DNA from: an uncultured Actinomycetes bacterium
GTDB lineage: Bacteria; Actinomycetota; Thermoleophilia; Solirubrobacterales; 70-9
DNA length: 64,000 bases
NCBI GenBank assembly: GCA_963783345.1
Contig: CAWANE010000020.1
Coordinates: 36,236-100,235, forward strand
Direction of reading: 5' to 3'
Shown: positions 1 through 8,669 of the stretch, piece after piece
Numbering within the stretch: the stretch's first letter is position 1
Layout of the letters: the number at the start of each line of letters is the position of its first letter
Notes under the pieces: generated by a model
Told to the model about the DNA's origin: nothing
What the model saw: only the letters and a program-made list of their open reading frames with translations
The model's database searches: none
Translations under genes and position numbers: made by a program

Positions 1-2
1 CA

Positions 3-80
3 TTGGGCACGAGTGCCCAAACGGAGCGGCATCGGGATCAATCGGCGCGCATTTCGACTCGCTTTGGGCGCCCAGCAGAG
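3..80 (+). repeat. Left copy of a diverged ~95-nt repeat (partner at 23210-23304); possible island-flanking direct repeat
   Basis: Collinear shared blocks with 23210-23304: TTGGGCAC, GAGTGCCC, AAACG, ATCG-N3-TCAATCGGC, TTTCGACTC, GGCGCC, GCAGA. Both copies contain a GGGCAC/GTGCCC hairpin. The copy abuts the window edge, so its true start is unseen. Confidence 0.4.
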
Positions 81-241
81 CTAAGTTCGGCCGGCAAACA
101 GAAAGCGCCCCGGCGGCGCTGAAGACGCCCCGGGGCCGGCACCGAAGTACAGGCCTTCGATGCAAGAGAAACCGTACTCGCCGATCTCCCGATCGGTGGC
201 ATCACGGCTGCGCCTCGGTGCCTCACGAGAGGAGGCACCAG

Positions 242-643
242 ATGTCGATCAAGATCACTGCCGCGCAGCGCGAGGCGCTCTACGTCCAGGTCCTCGACCA
301 CCTGAGCGGGATCGGCGACCTCTGGCTGGCGATCGACGCCGGCGACTACGAGAAGGCAGACAGCCTCGGCCACGCCTTCACCGACGACCTGCGCCTGCTG
401 CTCGACGACCTCGGCTGGCCGGGCAGAGCTGACCTGCCGGCTGGCGGCAGCGTCGAGCTGACGATGGCACCCGAGGACCTGCGCCGCGTCATCGGACGAC
501 TGCGCGACGAAGCCACCGAGCTCTACGCCGACACGCTGCCCCGCTCGGGCGACGACAAGGAGGTGCTGCGCCGAACCGAGCTTGCGGTCGAGGCATGCGG
601 CCGCGTGCTCTGCGCGATCGGCCAAGAGGGGAGCGGGGAGTGA
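242..643 (+). CDS. Hypothetical protein; first gene of a 5-gene translationally coupled operon
   Basis: Frame of ORF 218..643. ATG at 242 is preceded by GAGGAGG 7 nt upstream. Codons are GC3-rich. The TGA stop overlaps the GTG of the next gene (GTGA). Confidence 0.7.
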   Translation: MSIKITAAQREALYVQVLDHLSGIGDLWLAIDAGDYEKADSLGHAFTDDLRLLLDDLGWPGRADLPAGGSVELTMAPEDLRRVIGRLRDEATELYADTLPRSGDDKEVLRRTELAVEACGRVLCAIGQEGSGE

Positions 644-951
644 GCGGCGCCCAGAACGACAACCCCCGTGCCGACCTCAACCGGCGCTTCGGCGAGAACC
701 TGATCGTGCTGCGCAGCCGAGTCGGCCTCTCCCAGGAGGGGACCGCCCAGCGTGCCGGCCTGCATAAGACCCAGCTCAGCCTTCTGGAGCGCGGGCTTCG
801 CTCTCCCCGCCTCGACACGATCGTGAAGCTCGGCGGCGCGGTCGAAGCCGAGCCGTGCGCGCTGCTCGCCGGCATGTCCTGGCGGTTGCGGGTCACCCTG
901 GAGCAGCCGGGCGCCTACGCGCAGGAGATAGAAAGGTCGGTGAGCGACTGA
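640..951 (+). CDS. XRE-family helix-turn-helix protein, paralogue 1 of 4
   Basis: Frame of ORF 595..951 with GTG at 640 overlapping the upstream stop. HTH core is RSRVGLSQEGTAQRAGLHKTQLSLLERGLRSPRLDTIVKL, shared with the next three genes. Confidence 0.75.
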   Translation: MSGAQNDNPRADLNRRFGENLIVLRSRVGLSQEGTAQRAGLHKTQLSLLERGLRSPRLDTIVKLGGAVEAEPCALLAGMSWRLRVTLEQPGAYAQEIERSVSD

Positions 952-1250
952 TGGAGTCCGAGCTCGCAGAGCGCTTCGGCCGCACCCTCTGGCGCTGTCG
1001 CCGCCAGAGCGGCATGAGCCAGGCAGAGCTTGCCCGCCTCATCGACCTGCACCCGGTGGAGATCAGCCTGCTCGAGCGCGGGCAGCGCCTACCGCGGCTC
1101 GACACGATTCTGAAGGTGGCGGCCGGACTGGAGGCGACGCCATGCGTGCTGCTCACCGGCCTTCACTGGCAACCGGGCTACACCGTCGAGGGCGAGTTCT
1201 GGATCGACGATGGCTCCGAGCGACATCGAGCCGCTGGGAGCCGGCCGTGA
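951..1250 (+). CDS. XRE-family helix-turn-helix protein, paralogue 2 of 4
   Basis: ATG at 951 shares one base with the upstream stop (TGATG). Core motif is SGMSQAELARLIDLHPVEISLLERGQRLPRLDTILKVAAGLEATPCVLL. Confidence 0.8.
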   Translation: MESELAERFGRTLWRCRRQSGMSQAELARLIDLHPVEISLLERGQRLPRLDTILKVAAGLEATPCVLLTGLHWQPGYTVEGEFWIDDGSERHRAAGSRP

Positions 1251-1588
1251 GCGGCAGCCCCAGCCTCCGTCCGTCCTCCGATGAGCTCCGCGCCCGGCTC
1301 AGAGTGAACCTGCGGGAGCTGCGGAAACGGGCGGGGATCAGCCAACAGGAGCTCGCCTTCCGCGCCGACGTCCACCCGAGCATCGTCGCCGCGTTGGAGC
1401 TGGAGCAGAAGCTGCCTCGCATCGACACCTTCATCCGGTTGGCCGGCGCGCTCGAGGCGACGCCCAGCGAGCTGGCCGCCGGGATCCTCTGGGTTCCCGG
1501 CGACGTGGTGCTCAGCTCCGGCGGCTTCGATGTCGCCGACGATCCCGAGCACACCGCCGCTCTGGCGGCCCTCGGCCGAACGAGATGA
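1247..1588 (+). CDS. XRE-family helix-turn-helix protein, paralogue 3 of 4
   Basis: GTG at 1247 overlaps the upstream stop (GTGA). Core motif is AGISQQELAFRADVHPSIVAALELEQKLPRIDTFIRLAGALEATPSEL. Confidence 0.75.
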   Translation: MSGSPSLRPSSDELRARLRVNLRELRKRAGISQQELAFRADVHPSIVAALELEQKLPRIDTFIRLAGALEATPSELAAGILWVPGDVVLSSGGFDVADDPEHTAALAALGRTR

Positions 1589-1905
1589 GTCCTTCGATGG
1601 CCAGCAAGCTTCCGCATGAGGCCAAAACGCGGATCGCCGACAACCTCTTCCTCCAACGCAAGCGCGCCGGCTACTCCCAGGAAGCCCTCGGCAGGCGGGC
1701 GATGGTCTCCTCCGATCGGATCAGCGCGATGGAGAACGGCGAGGTCCTCGGCCTGCTCGACACCTACGTGCGGCTCGCGGGAGGGCTGGGGATCACGCTC
1801 GACGATCTCCTCGCCGGGGTGAGCTGGACTCCGGTGATCGTCGAGTTCGAGGAGGAGGGCGGCTACGAGGTGATGCTAGAGATGGAGGCGCCGGACCCAC
1901 CCTGA
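1585..1905 (+). CDS. XRE-family helix-turn-helix protein, paralogue 4 of 4 (most diverged)
   Basis: ATG at 1585 overlaps the upstream stop (ATGA). Core motif is AGYSQEALGRRAMVSSDRISAMENGEVLGLLDTYVRLAGGLGITLDDLL. Confidence 0.8.
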   Translation: MSPSMASKLPHEAKTRIADNLFLQRKRAGYSQEALGRRAMVSSDRISAMENGEVLGLLDTYVRLAGGLGITLDDLLAGVSWTPVIVEFEEEGGYEVMLEMEAPDPP

Positions 1906-1968
1906 CCTCGACGCCACGACCCTGTACCGGTGCCGCACCTCAATACTATGGTGCTACACTCGGCTACT

Positions 1969-2223
1969 ATGCCCACCACCAAGCCCCGCTACACCCTCAC
2001 CGACACCGGCAAGCTGAGCGAGCTGCTCGATGACGCCCAGCGGCGCTGGCCCGACGTCCACGACCGCAAGGAGCTGCTGCTGAAGCTGGCCGCGGCCGGG
2101 GGCGATGCGATCGAGCGCGAGGCCCTGGACCGGCGTCTCGCCGCAGAGGAGACCGCCGGAGCGCTCAGCGGCGTGTACGAGCCGGGCGAACTGGAGCGCC
2201 TGCGCGAAGACTGGCCAGCGTGA
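1969..2223 (+). CDS. vapB: Type II antitoxin, VapB-like (partner of the PIN toxin)
   Basis: Small ORF immediately upstream of a PIN gene, with its stop overlapping that gene's GTG (GTGA). ATG at 1969 is chosen and 1948 or 1930 are also possible. TACTATG occurs twice in the upstream region. Confidence 0.6.
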   Translation: MPTTKPRYTLTDTGKLSELLDDAQRRWPDVHDRKELLLKLAAAGGDAIEREALDRRLAAEETAGALSGVYEPGELERLREDWPA

Positions 2224-2603
2224 TCGTCCTCGACGCGAGCGTCCTGATCGCCCATCTCGACGGTCGCGACGCCCACCATGACCGTGCCCGCGCGCTGATC
2301 GAAGAGAGCGGTAGCGAGCCGCTCGGCGCGAGCCGGATCACGCTCGCCGAGACCCTGGTCGCCCCGGCGCGCGCAGGTCGCCTGGAAGACGCTCGGACGG
2401 CGCTGCAGCGCCTCGGGGTCGGCGAGCTGGATCTCGGAGAGGACGCCGCGACCCGTCTCGCGCAGCTGCGCGCCGACACCGCTCGCAAGCTCCCAGACTG
2501 CTGCGTCCTGCTGGCCGCCGAAGAGCACGGCGGCACGGTCGCCAGCTTCGACTCAGACCTGATCGACACCGCCCGCGAGCTCGGCCTCAAGACGCTCGAC
2601 TGA
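2220..2603 (+). CDS. vapC: PIN-domain ribonuclease toxin VapC
   Basis: 127 aa. The acidic PIN residues sit in their usual contexts: IVLDASVL, TLAETL, LPDCCVLLAA, SFDSDL. Confidence 0.85.
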   Translation: MIVLDASVLIAHLDGRDAHHDRARALIEESGSEPLGASRITLAETLVAPARAGRLEDARTALQRLGVGELDLGEDAATRLAQLRADTARKLPDCCVLLAAEEHGGTVASFDSDLIDTARELGLKTLD

Positions 2604-2672
2604 TTCAGGCCGCCGCTGGGGCATCATGGATCCCCGCGACTTCTTCCTCGTGCCCCGCGCGTAAACGCCTGG

Positions 2673-2888
2673 TCAAGCGCGGCGGCGAACCGCGCGATGA
2701 AGCCTTCCGGCGAGCCACAGGCACGCACCGGCGATGAGCAGGATGGCGGCGCTGGCGTTGCCCGTGATGGCGAGGTCCGCCGCGCCCATGAAGACGAGGA
2801 ACGCGCCACCGACCCGCAGCACGAGCCCGCCGAAGAACCAGAAGCCCAGGAGGGCGAGGATGAAGATGCCGATCGCCGACGCGGTCAC
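2673..2888 (-). CDS. Small membrane protein (2-3 TM helices) translationally coupled to the integrase
   Basis: 71-aa hydrophobic ORF (IGIFILALLGFWFFGGLVL..., AAILLIAGACLWLAG). Its GTG overlaps the integrase stop (GTGA). Confidence 0.55.
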   Translation of the reverse strand: MTASAIGIFILALLGFWFFGGLVLRVGGAFLVFMGAADLAITGNASAAILLIAGACLWLAGRLHRAVRRRA

Positions 2889-4180
2889 TGACGGGCCTCC
2901 TTCTCCTCGGCTAGGTCCAACCCTCTTTCCTCGAAGCTCTCGCCGTTGACCAGCGCCTTGAGGCGGTCTCGCTCGGCCTCGCCCCGGCGCATGATGTGGG
3001 TGTAGACGCGCAGGGTGAACTTCGGATCGGCGTGGCCAAGCTGCGCCATGACCGAAGCGGGGTCCTCGCCGGTCGCGACGAGGATTGAGGCGAAGGTGTG
3101 GCGTAGTTTGTGCGGGGTGAGGCCGCGCGGCAGCGGCATCGCGCCTCGTTCCTCGAGCAGCTCGTTGGCCCGTTTCACCGCCGACGCGAGGATCCGGTTG
3201 CGGAGGTTGTCCTTGTCGCGGCGGCCACCGGCGCCGGTCGGGAAGACCGGGTCGTCGGGGCCGGTGCGAGCGGCGCCCGCCTTCTGCGTCGCCAGTTCAT
3301 CGCGGAGGATCGGCAGCAGGTGGATCTCGCGCAGGCCCGCCGAGGTCTTGGAGCGGCCGATGTGCAGCCGGCCGTTGGCGAGATCGACGTCGCGCCAGGT
3401 CAGGGCGCAGAGTTCGTTGGCGCGCAGGCCGGCGAAGAGCAGCGTCGCGATGATCGGGCGGCGGTCGGTGGTGTGGAAATGGCAGTCGCGGTCGAGCTGG
3501 CCCGCGGCCTCCAACAGCGTCCTGATCTGCTCGACCGAGTCGAGGTGGACCGGCGGGCGCCGCGTCGCCTTCAGCCGGCGGCGTTTGCCCATCGCCGGGT
3601 TGCGGTGGATCAGTTCGTACTCGACCGCGACCGAGAGCACCCACTGCAGGCCGTCGATCGTTTTGTTGATCGTCGAGGGTGCGAGTGGTCGCAGCACCTG
3701 GTCGTGCTCGCTGCGCATCGGGTTGCCGGCTTCGATCGCGCGGCGCCTTGCCCCTGAGAGCTCGACCATGTGGCGGCGGAAGGCGTCGACCGCCGGCACG
3801 TCGATCTCGTCCAGAGGCCAGTCGCCGAAGTAGGGGATCAGGTGGCTGAGCGACCACTCCATGTACTCGTGGGTGTGCACGCTGACCTCCCCCCGGCGCG
3901 CCTCGTGCAGGCGGAGCGCGAACTCGCCGAAGGTCGGCATCCCCTCGGGAGCGCGCTCGGCGGAGCTCTTGCGGCTCGGCTTCGGCGGGACCCAGAGCCC
4001 GCGCCGCACATCCGCCATCACGTTCGCCAGCTCCCGCTCGGCGCTCGCGCGGGTCCAGCCCTCGCTCTCAAGGCCGAGCGTCAGGTAGCGGCGCTCCCCG
4101 TAGGCGCGGAAGCGAAGCGCGTAGCCTCGCCCGCTCTTCCAGCGCCGCTCCACCACCTGCCCCTCCGATCTTCGAGCCAC
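2885..4180 (-). CDS. int: Tyrosine recombinase / phage-type integrase
   Basis: Catalytic contexts are LRANELCAL (Arg), HKLRHTFAS (H-x-x-R) and LGHADPKFTLRVYTH (Tyr). The start is placed at GTG 4180, 8 nt after GGGAGG. The ORF-track extension to 4396 is Arg/Pro-rich and overlaps the upstream gene. Confidence 0.9.
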   Translation of the reverse strand: MARRSEGQVVERRWKSGRGYALRFRAYGERRYLTLGLESEGWTRASAERELANVMADVRRGLWVPPKPSRKSSAERAPEGMPTFGEFALRLHEARRGEVSVHTHEYMEWSLSHLIPYFGDWPLDEIDVPAVDAFRRHMVELSGARRRAIEAGNPMRSEHDQVLRPLAPSTINKTIDGLQWVLSVAVEYELIHRNPAMGKRRRLKATRRPPVHLDSVEQIRTLLEAAGQLDRDCHFHTTDRRPIIATLLFAGLRANELCALTWRDVDLANGRLHIGRSKTSAGLREIHLLPILRDELATQKAGAARTGPDDPVFPTGAGGRRDKDNLRNRILASAVKRANELLEERGAMPLPRGLTPHKLRHTFASILVATGEDPASVMAQLGHADPKFTLRVYTHIMRRGEAERDRLKALVNGESFEERGLDLAEEKEARQ

Positions 4181-4280
4181 TGCGATCACCTCCCGACTCG
4201 GGGCGCCGGAGGGAGGCAGGCGCGATCGCCAAGCGACGGCAGCGACTCGCGCGCCTCTAGGCTGGAAATCGCGCCGAAGC

Positions 4281-4754
4281 TCACCGCGCCGGCGCCGGGC
4301 CGGGGGCGTTGGAGCGCCGCCCGGCCGCTCTTGCTTGCCCGACGACACTAGCTCTGCGTCGGCGCGAAAGCGAGTCGCGTCGGGCATCGCTGCCAATCGG
4401 CGCCAATCGGCGCCCAGAGGGAGGCTCGGCGATTCCGAGGGCGGCGATCCGGGCGCTCACCTCGCTCGGGCTGAAGCGCAGCCGCGGGCGCTCGCCGTCG
4501 CCAAGCCGAACGGCGCCGAGCTCCTCTGCGTGTGCGTAGACCCAGGAGCGATCGACGCCACACCGCTTCGCGACTTCCGCCGCGGTGATCAACTGGCCCA
4601 CGGGCGGGTCAGGAGCATCCAGCTCCAGCAACTCGACGATCCGCCGGGCCAGGGCGTCAATCGTCTCGTCGCTGAGGTGAACCACTTCGGCGTAGTGCGG
4701 GTGCTGGCGGCCTTCCCCCCGGCGCGACCGACAATCCCCGGTGCGATCGTTCAT
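4281..4754 (-). CDS. Excisionase-like / MerR-superfamily HTH DNA-binding protein
   Basis: The HTH ITAAEVAKRCGVDRSWVYAHAEELGAVRLG lies directly upstream of the integrase. ATG 4754 overlaps the stop of the upstream gene (ATGA). The C-terminal tail is low-complexity. Confidence 0.65.
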   Translation of the reverse strand: MNDRTGDCRSRRGEGRQHPHYAEVVHLSDETIDALARRIVELLELDAPDPPVGQLITAAEVAKRCGVDRSWVYAHAEELGAVRLGDGERPRLRFSPSEVSARIAALGIAEPPSGRRLAPIGSDARRDSLSRRRRASVVGQARAAGRRSNAPGPAPAR

Positions 4755-5698
4755 CGCTCGCGCCTCCCCTCGTCGCCGGGTCCGCAACCGAGCCAGTCGA
4801 CCGGGAGATCGGGCTCGCGGACGTCGCGGAAGACCGCCGCAAAGGGGCCCTCGGCCTGCAGGTCCTCGAGCAGGCAGACCGAGATCCTCACCCCGCGGGC
4901 TGCGGCGAAGGTGGGGTTCCCGCAGAGCAGGGCGCTGGCGCTGGCGCGCCGCCGCTCGAGCGCGGCGCGCGAGCCTCCGGCGAGGACGCAGTGGACTCGC
5001 GGGAAGCGCGGGTAGTGCTGCTTCCAGATCGGCTCCCTGTCGCCTCCCTTCAGGCGGTGGAGCTCCGCGTAGCGCGCGAGCTCGGCGGCGAGACGGTCGA
5101 CCGAGAGGGTCGCCCTGTCGAGCTCGAGGAAGCGCTGCTCCAGGGCGAGCCTCCCTTCCTCCTCGCGCAGGTAGGTCAGAACCGCGTCGGCGAAGAGGGT
5201 GCGGCGCCGGCGGCCGCGGCCACGCGAGAGGGGGTGAGCGACCTCGTGGCGCCAGGAGAGCGGCCCGAACTCATCACCCCGATCGCGCGCCGCGCGCAGG
5301 AAGGCGATGCCGGTGTCGTTGACGGCGAGGGTGTGGGCGCGGAGCTGCCCGGCGACCTCGGCTGCCAACAGCGGCCTCGGGGCCTCCTCCAAGGCATGGG
5401 CCTCCTGCGCCAGCCTCACCCCGCGCTCGGTCGCGAACCAGAGCCGCTGTCCGGAATGCGGCGGGCGGTTGAAGGCGACGAGCTCGGCCTCCCTCAGTCG
5501 ACCCAGCACCTGCTGCGCCCAGCGACTGCGGCTCTCGGGGAGGTGGATCTCCCTGACCTGCCCGGTGCTCAGCACGCGGTGCTGGATCAAGGAGGCGAGG
5601 ATCTCCACGGCCGTCTCGGGCAGGCCGCTGGCGGGCCGGACGCTCGTCTCAGCTGCCAACGCTCTCACCTCCAAGCCAGTAGGGACCCTCGTCCTCAT
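4751..5698 (-). CDS. Replication-relaxation family protein
   Basis: The N-terminal winged-helix pattern VEILASLIQHRVLSTGQVREIHLP...AQQVLGRLREAELVAF is typical of this actinobacterial plasmid/ICE family, assigned from memory. The start is uncertain (5698, or GTG 5668). Confidence 0.55.
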   Translation of the reverse strand: MRTRVPTGLEVRALAAETSVRPASGLPETAVEILASLIQHRVLSTGQVREIHLPESRSRWAQQVLGRLREAELVAFNRPPHSGQRLWFATERGVRLAQEAHALEEAPRPLLAAEVAGQLRAHTLAVNDTGIAFLRAARDRGDEFGPLSWRHEVAHPLSRGRGRRRRTLFADAVLTYLREEEGRLALEQRFLELDRATLSVDRLAAELARYAELHRLKGGDREPIWKQHYPRFPRVHCVLAGGSRAALERRRASASALLCGNPTFAAARGVRISVCLLEDLQAEGPFAAVFRDVREPDLPVDWLGCGPGDEGRRER

Positions 5699-8255
5699 CG
5701 GGGTCTTCGGGGGGCTCTTCGGCCGGTGGGGCGAGGTCCTTCAGGTGGGCGAGGATCCGGTCATCGAGCGTCTCCAAGTGCTCGGAGACCTGCGCGGGCT
5801 CAGCGCGCGCTGCCGCTTCTGCGACCGGCAAGCCGATGCCGATCTCCGCCTTGTCGTGCACGTCCTCGACTCGGATCCCCCGCAGCGAGAAGGGGCGGCT
5901 GAGCTCGCCTTGGTGGGTGACCTGGGTAACGAATTGAAAGCGCGGCAGCCTGACCATCACCTCGGGGCTCGGCTGGCCTCCCCACTCTTTGGTCAGGAGC
6001 GCCGCCGCATGGGAGTTGAGCGCGGTGGCGAGAAGGTGGGAGCGGTTGGTGGTCAGCGCGTTCAGGGTCTGGGCGGAGAGCCGCTCGGGGTTCTGGTTCA
6101 GGAGCACCGCCCGCAGCCCGAACTTGGCGCTCTGCTCAAGCAGCCCGGCGAGGCTGCCCGAGGCGCCGCCGTCATAGCTCTGGACCTCGTCGAGGAAGAC
6201 CCAGAAGGGCTTCCGTCTCCTGGCGGCGAGCTCGCCACGGCTGCGGGCGGCGTAGAGGAGGTCGAAGACCATCAGGTTGGCGACGAGCCGCTGCTCGTTA
6301 TTGCTGGCGCCCGGGCAGGCGAGGACGATCAGGCCCTCGTCCATCGCCTCGCGGATGCGGAAGCTGCCCGGGCTCTGGCCGAGCAGCGTCCTCATCGAGC
6401 CCGAGAGCTGCAGGCGGTCGACGAGGTTGGTGACCGGGGTGATCGCCTCGGGGCTGAGCAGCGGGAAGCGGCTGCGCCAAAAGCGCCGCGAGGCAGCTGG
6501 CAGGAAGGGCATCGTCGCCTCGCGCCAGGTCTCGTCGGAGAGCAGGGTCGGCAGCTGGAAGATCGTCGGTGCCAGCTCCGCCGGCAGCACCTTGGCGATT
6601 GCGACCAGGGCCGCGGCGGAATGGCTGGTGAGATTGATCGCCCGCGTCGAGCGCTCGCCCCATTCGAGCACCGAGGCGAAGGCGTCGACCACCGCGGCGA
6701 CCTGCCCCTCCCCGCCGCCCTCGCCGCCGAGCTCGAAGAGGTTCCAGCCGGGCAGCGCCTCGGCGTGGCCGGGACCGAGGTCGATCTCCACCACCCGGCT
6801 GCGCAGCTTCGGGTCGCTCAGGTAGGGACGGATCCGCGCCAGCGCGTCGCCGTGGGGATCGAGGAAGAAGCCGCCGTGGCCGGAGCGAACCAGGTGGACG
6901 AACTGGGCGATCGCGAGCTCGGTCTTGCCGTAGCGCGAGCGACCGGCGATGTAGGAGAAGAAGGTGTCCTCGGCGCGGACGCCGAGGACACGCTCAGAGC
7001 CGCCCGTGCCGACCTTGCCGAGCGGGATCACGTTCGCCTTCTCGGGAGCGAAGGTCGGCAGGTCCGGCGCCGCCGCCAGCAAAGTCCCGGCCCGGGCGAT
7101 GTTGTCGCCTCTGCAGTGCATGCTCGGCGGCTTCAGGAAGCCGGCCATCTCGCTCGCCGTGAGCACCGCCTTCTTCGGCGGCGCGAAGCGGCCGGTGTCC
7201 ATGCGGCGGTCAAAGCGAGCCCGCCGGATCGGCAGGTCGGAGCCGAGGAAGGCGAAGCCGAGCGAGAGGCCGCGGGCGCGGAGGTAGTTCTGACCGGCGA
7301 AGGGCTCGAAGGCACCTAGCAGGAGCCCCATCGTCGACTTGGCGCGGGCCCGATCGGCGGCGCGACAGCGCAGCAGGATCTGGGCCTCGAACAGGGTGCC
7401 GGCGTCGCGCAGTTTCTCCTCCAGCGCTTCGTTCACCATCCGGCGCTCGAGCAGCTTGTCGGGGCCGGGTCGGCCCGCACTGCGCTCGTTGCCTTCCAGG
7501 CGCTCCAGCAGACCCGGGCGCTCGCCGTACTTGCGGGCGGCCCGCCGGCGCAAGGAGCGGCGCAGGCGTTCGCGCCGAAAGCCCGATGCCGGCAGGAGGT
7601 CGATGCAGACGCTCACCTCCTCACCCTTGCGCGGCCGCGCGACCTCCATCGCCGAGGCGAAGCCCTGCAGGGGATCGGGGTCCAGCTTGAGCCGCGCCAG
7701 GGGCTCGAGGCTCGAGCGCGCGAGCACCAGCTCCGTGCGCACGGTGGCCAGGTCCTCAGGGGCCTTGCGATCGCCGAGCACGTCCTTGGGCTCGCGCAGC
7801 TCGAAGCCCTCGTAGGCGCCGAGCGCTCCGCGCAGGGCGTTGCCCGATCGCTCCGGCACGCTCAACAGGTAGACCAGCCGACCCTCGGCGTCGTTGGTGA
7901 GCCGTACCCGCACCGCCTGGGCGCGGCGGTCGAACCAGCCGCGCAGGCGACGTTCGGTGGCGGCGAGCTCGGCGGCGAACCGCAGGACCGCGTCGGTCTT
8001 CGGGTCGAAGTCGTCAGCGGGGACGAGCGCCACCTCGCGGCGGCTGCGCAGCGTGCGGTTGGTGAAGAGAAGCCGCTGCATAGCCAGCGCGGAGGCGATA
8101 GCGAGGGCGCCGAGCGCGAGGGGCGCGAGCGAGCCAGCGGCAGAGGAGAGCAGCGAGCCCGCAGAGAGCTGCGAGGCCCAGCGCCAGGCGGCGACGCTGA
8201 GGATCACGATCACGAGGGCCAGCATCGGCCGCGGGTCTTTGGGATCGCGCGGCAT
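5649..8255 (-). CDS. Type IV coupling protein-like (TraD/TraG/VirD4-type) DNA-transfer ATPase
   Basis: N-terminal TM helices, Walker A GRSRYGKT and Walker B FWVFLDEVQ. ATG 8255 is chosen because the upstream 62 codons of the ORF are Arg/Ser/Pro-rich. Confidence 0.8.
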   Translation of the reverse strand: MPRDPKDPRPMLALVIVILSVAAWRWASQLSAGSLLSSAAGSLAPLALGALAIASALAMQRLLFTNRTLRSRREVALVPADDFDPKTDAVLRFAAELAATERRLRGWFDRRAQAVRVRLTNDAEGRLVYLLSVPERSGNALRGALGAYEGFELREPKDVLGDRKAPEDLATVRTELVLARSSLEPLARLKLDPDPLQGFASAMEVARPRKGEEVSVCIDLLPASGFRRERLRRSLRRRAARKYGERPGLLERLEGNERSAGRPGPDKLLERRMVNEALEEKLRDAGTLFEAQILLRCRAADRARAKSTMGLLLGAFEPFAGQNYLRARGLSLGFAFLGSDLPIRRARFDRRMDTGRFAPPKKAVLTASEMAGFLKPPSMHCRGDNIARAGTLLAAAPDLPTFAPEKANVIPLGKVGTGGSERVLGVRAEDTFFSYIAGRSRYGKTELAIAQFVHLVRSGHGGFFLDPHGDALARIRPYLSDPKLRSRVVEIDLGPGHAEALPGWNLFELGGEGGGEGQVAAVVDAFASVLEWGERSTRAINLTSHSAAALVAIAKVLPAELAPTIFQLPTLLSDETWREATMPFLPAASRRFWRSRFPLLSPEAITPVTNLVDRLQLSGSMRTLLGQSPGSFRIREAMDEGLIVLACPGASNNEQRLVANLMVFDLLYAARSRGELAARRRKPFWVFLDEVQSYDGGASGSLAGLLEQSAKFGLRAVLLNQNPERLSAQTLNALTTNRSHLLATALNSHAAALLTKEWGGQPSPEVMVRLPRFQFVTQVTHQGELSRPFSLRGIRVEDVHDKAEIGIGLPVAEAAARAEPAQVSEHLETLDDRILAHLKDLAPPAEEPPEDPDEDEGPYWLGGESVGS

Positions 8256-8500
8256 CAGTGAGCGACCTCGACGTGGTGCAGAGAAGTCGGCAAAACCGCG
8301 GCTGCGCAAAGCCGCTGACGGTGCCGAGCTTGTGGGATTGAAGCCCGACCGCGAGCGGTCGGGTAAGCGGTTTGTTGTGCGTTGGGATCTGCGTGGGAAT
8401 GGACGATCTGAGTTAGGTTCAAATGGAGCCTCCTGTAGCAATGGAAGATGTTCATTGCTTCCGGACTAGCTCCGTGCAGCGGAGAAGTCAAGTCGGGAGA

Positions 8501-8537
8501 AATCCGATTCCCAATCCCCGGCAATCCCCACTAATCC
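8501..8537 (+). repeat. Four phased AATCC(C/G) repeats (iteron-like) in the 563-bp intergenic region
   Basis: AATCC occurs at 8501, 8513, 8523 and 8533, a spacing of 12/10/10 nt or about one helical turn. CAATCCCC occurs twice. Confidence 0.45.
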
Positions 8538-8634
8538 GCGGGTAATACACGTGGGGGGGTAGCGCGAATTTCTGCGTTTTCTGGGCGGATTCGACGGCGC
8601 CCCAAGAGCTCGTCCAAGCCCGCCGACAACCGGA

Positions 8635-8669
8635 TCACGCGAGCGCCGACTCCGTGGGCACTCGCGTGA
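8635..8669. promoter_or_regulatory. 9-bp perfect inverted repeat, candidate oriT or operator
   Basis: TCACGCGAG (8635-8643) and CTCGCGTGA (8661-8669) are separated by 17 nt. An 8-bp hairpin CCCGACCG/CGGTCGGG lies near 8345-8365 in the same spacer. Confidence 0.35.

Larger units (their letters stand above)
2673..8255 (-). mobile_element. Integration/mobilisation core of an integrative (probably mobilisable) element: T4CP-like ATPase, replication-relaxation protein, excisionase-like HTH, tyrosine integrase, small membrane protein
   Basis: Five co-directional genes, several with overlapping stop/start codons. No relaxase or T4SS genes were seen in the window. Confidence 0.7.

Noticed and set aside
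2669-2692. Possible second T-arm-like att copy (GCGGTTCG..CCGCC on the minus strand) next to the integrase module
   Set aside because: It lacks the AAT of the loop and is in the opposite orientation to the 23374 T-arm. It lies inside the Arg-rich C-terminal codons of the small membrane ORF, so it is most likely chance in G+C-rich coding sequence.
4181-4396. N-terminal extension of the integrase ORF to 4396
   Set aside because: It is an Arg/Pro-rich peptide that overlaps the excisionase-like gene. A GGGAGG-N8-GTG start at 4180 fits better.
5307-7319. 670-aa ORF on the plus strand, and similar very long ORFs at 8531-9829(-), 25454-27487(+), 34537-36285(+), 36379-37803(+), 39328-41259(+), 45539-47146(+), 54726-56891(-) and 27253-28348(-)
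   Set aside because: All are antisense or out of frame to genes with clear family motifs. They are Arg/Ala/Gly/Pro-rich with no motifs. This is the expected stop-codon-poor artefact of very high G+C.
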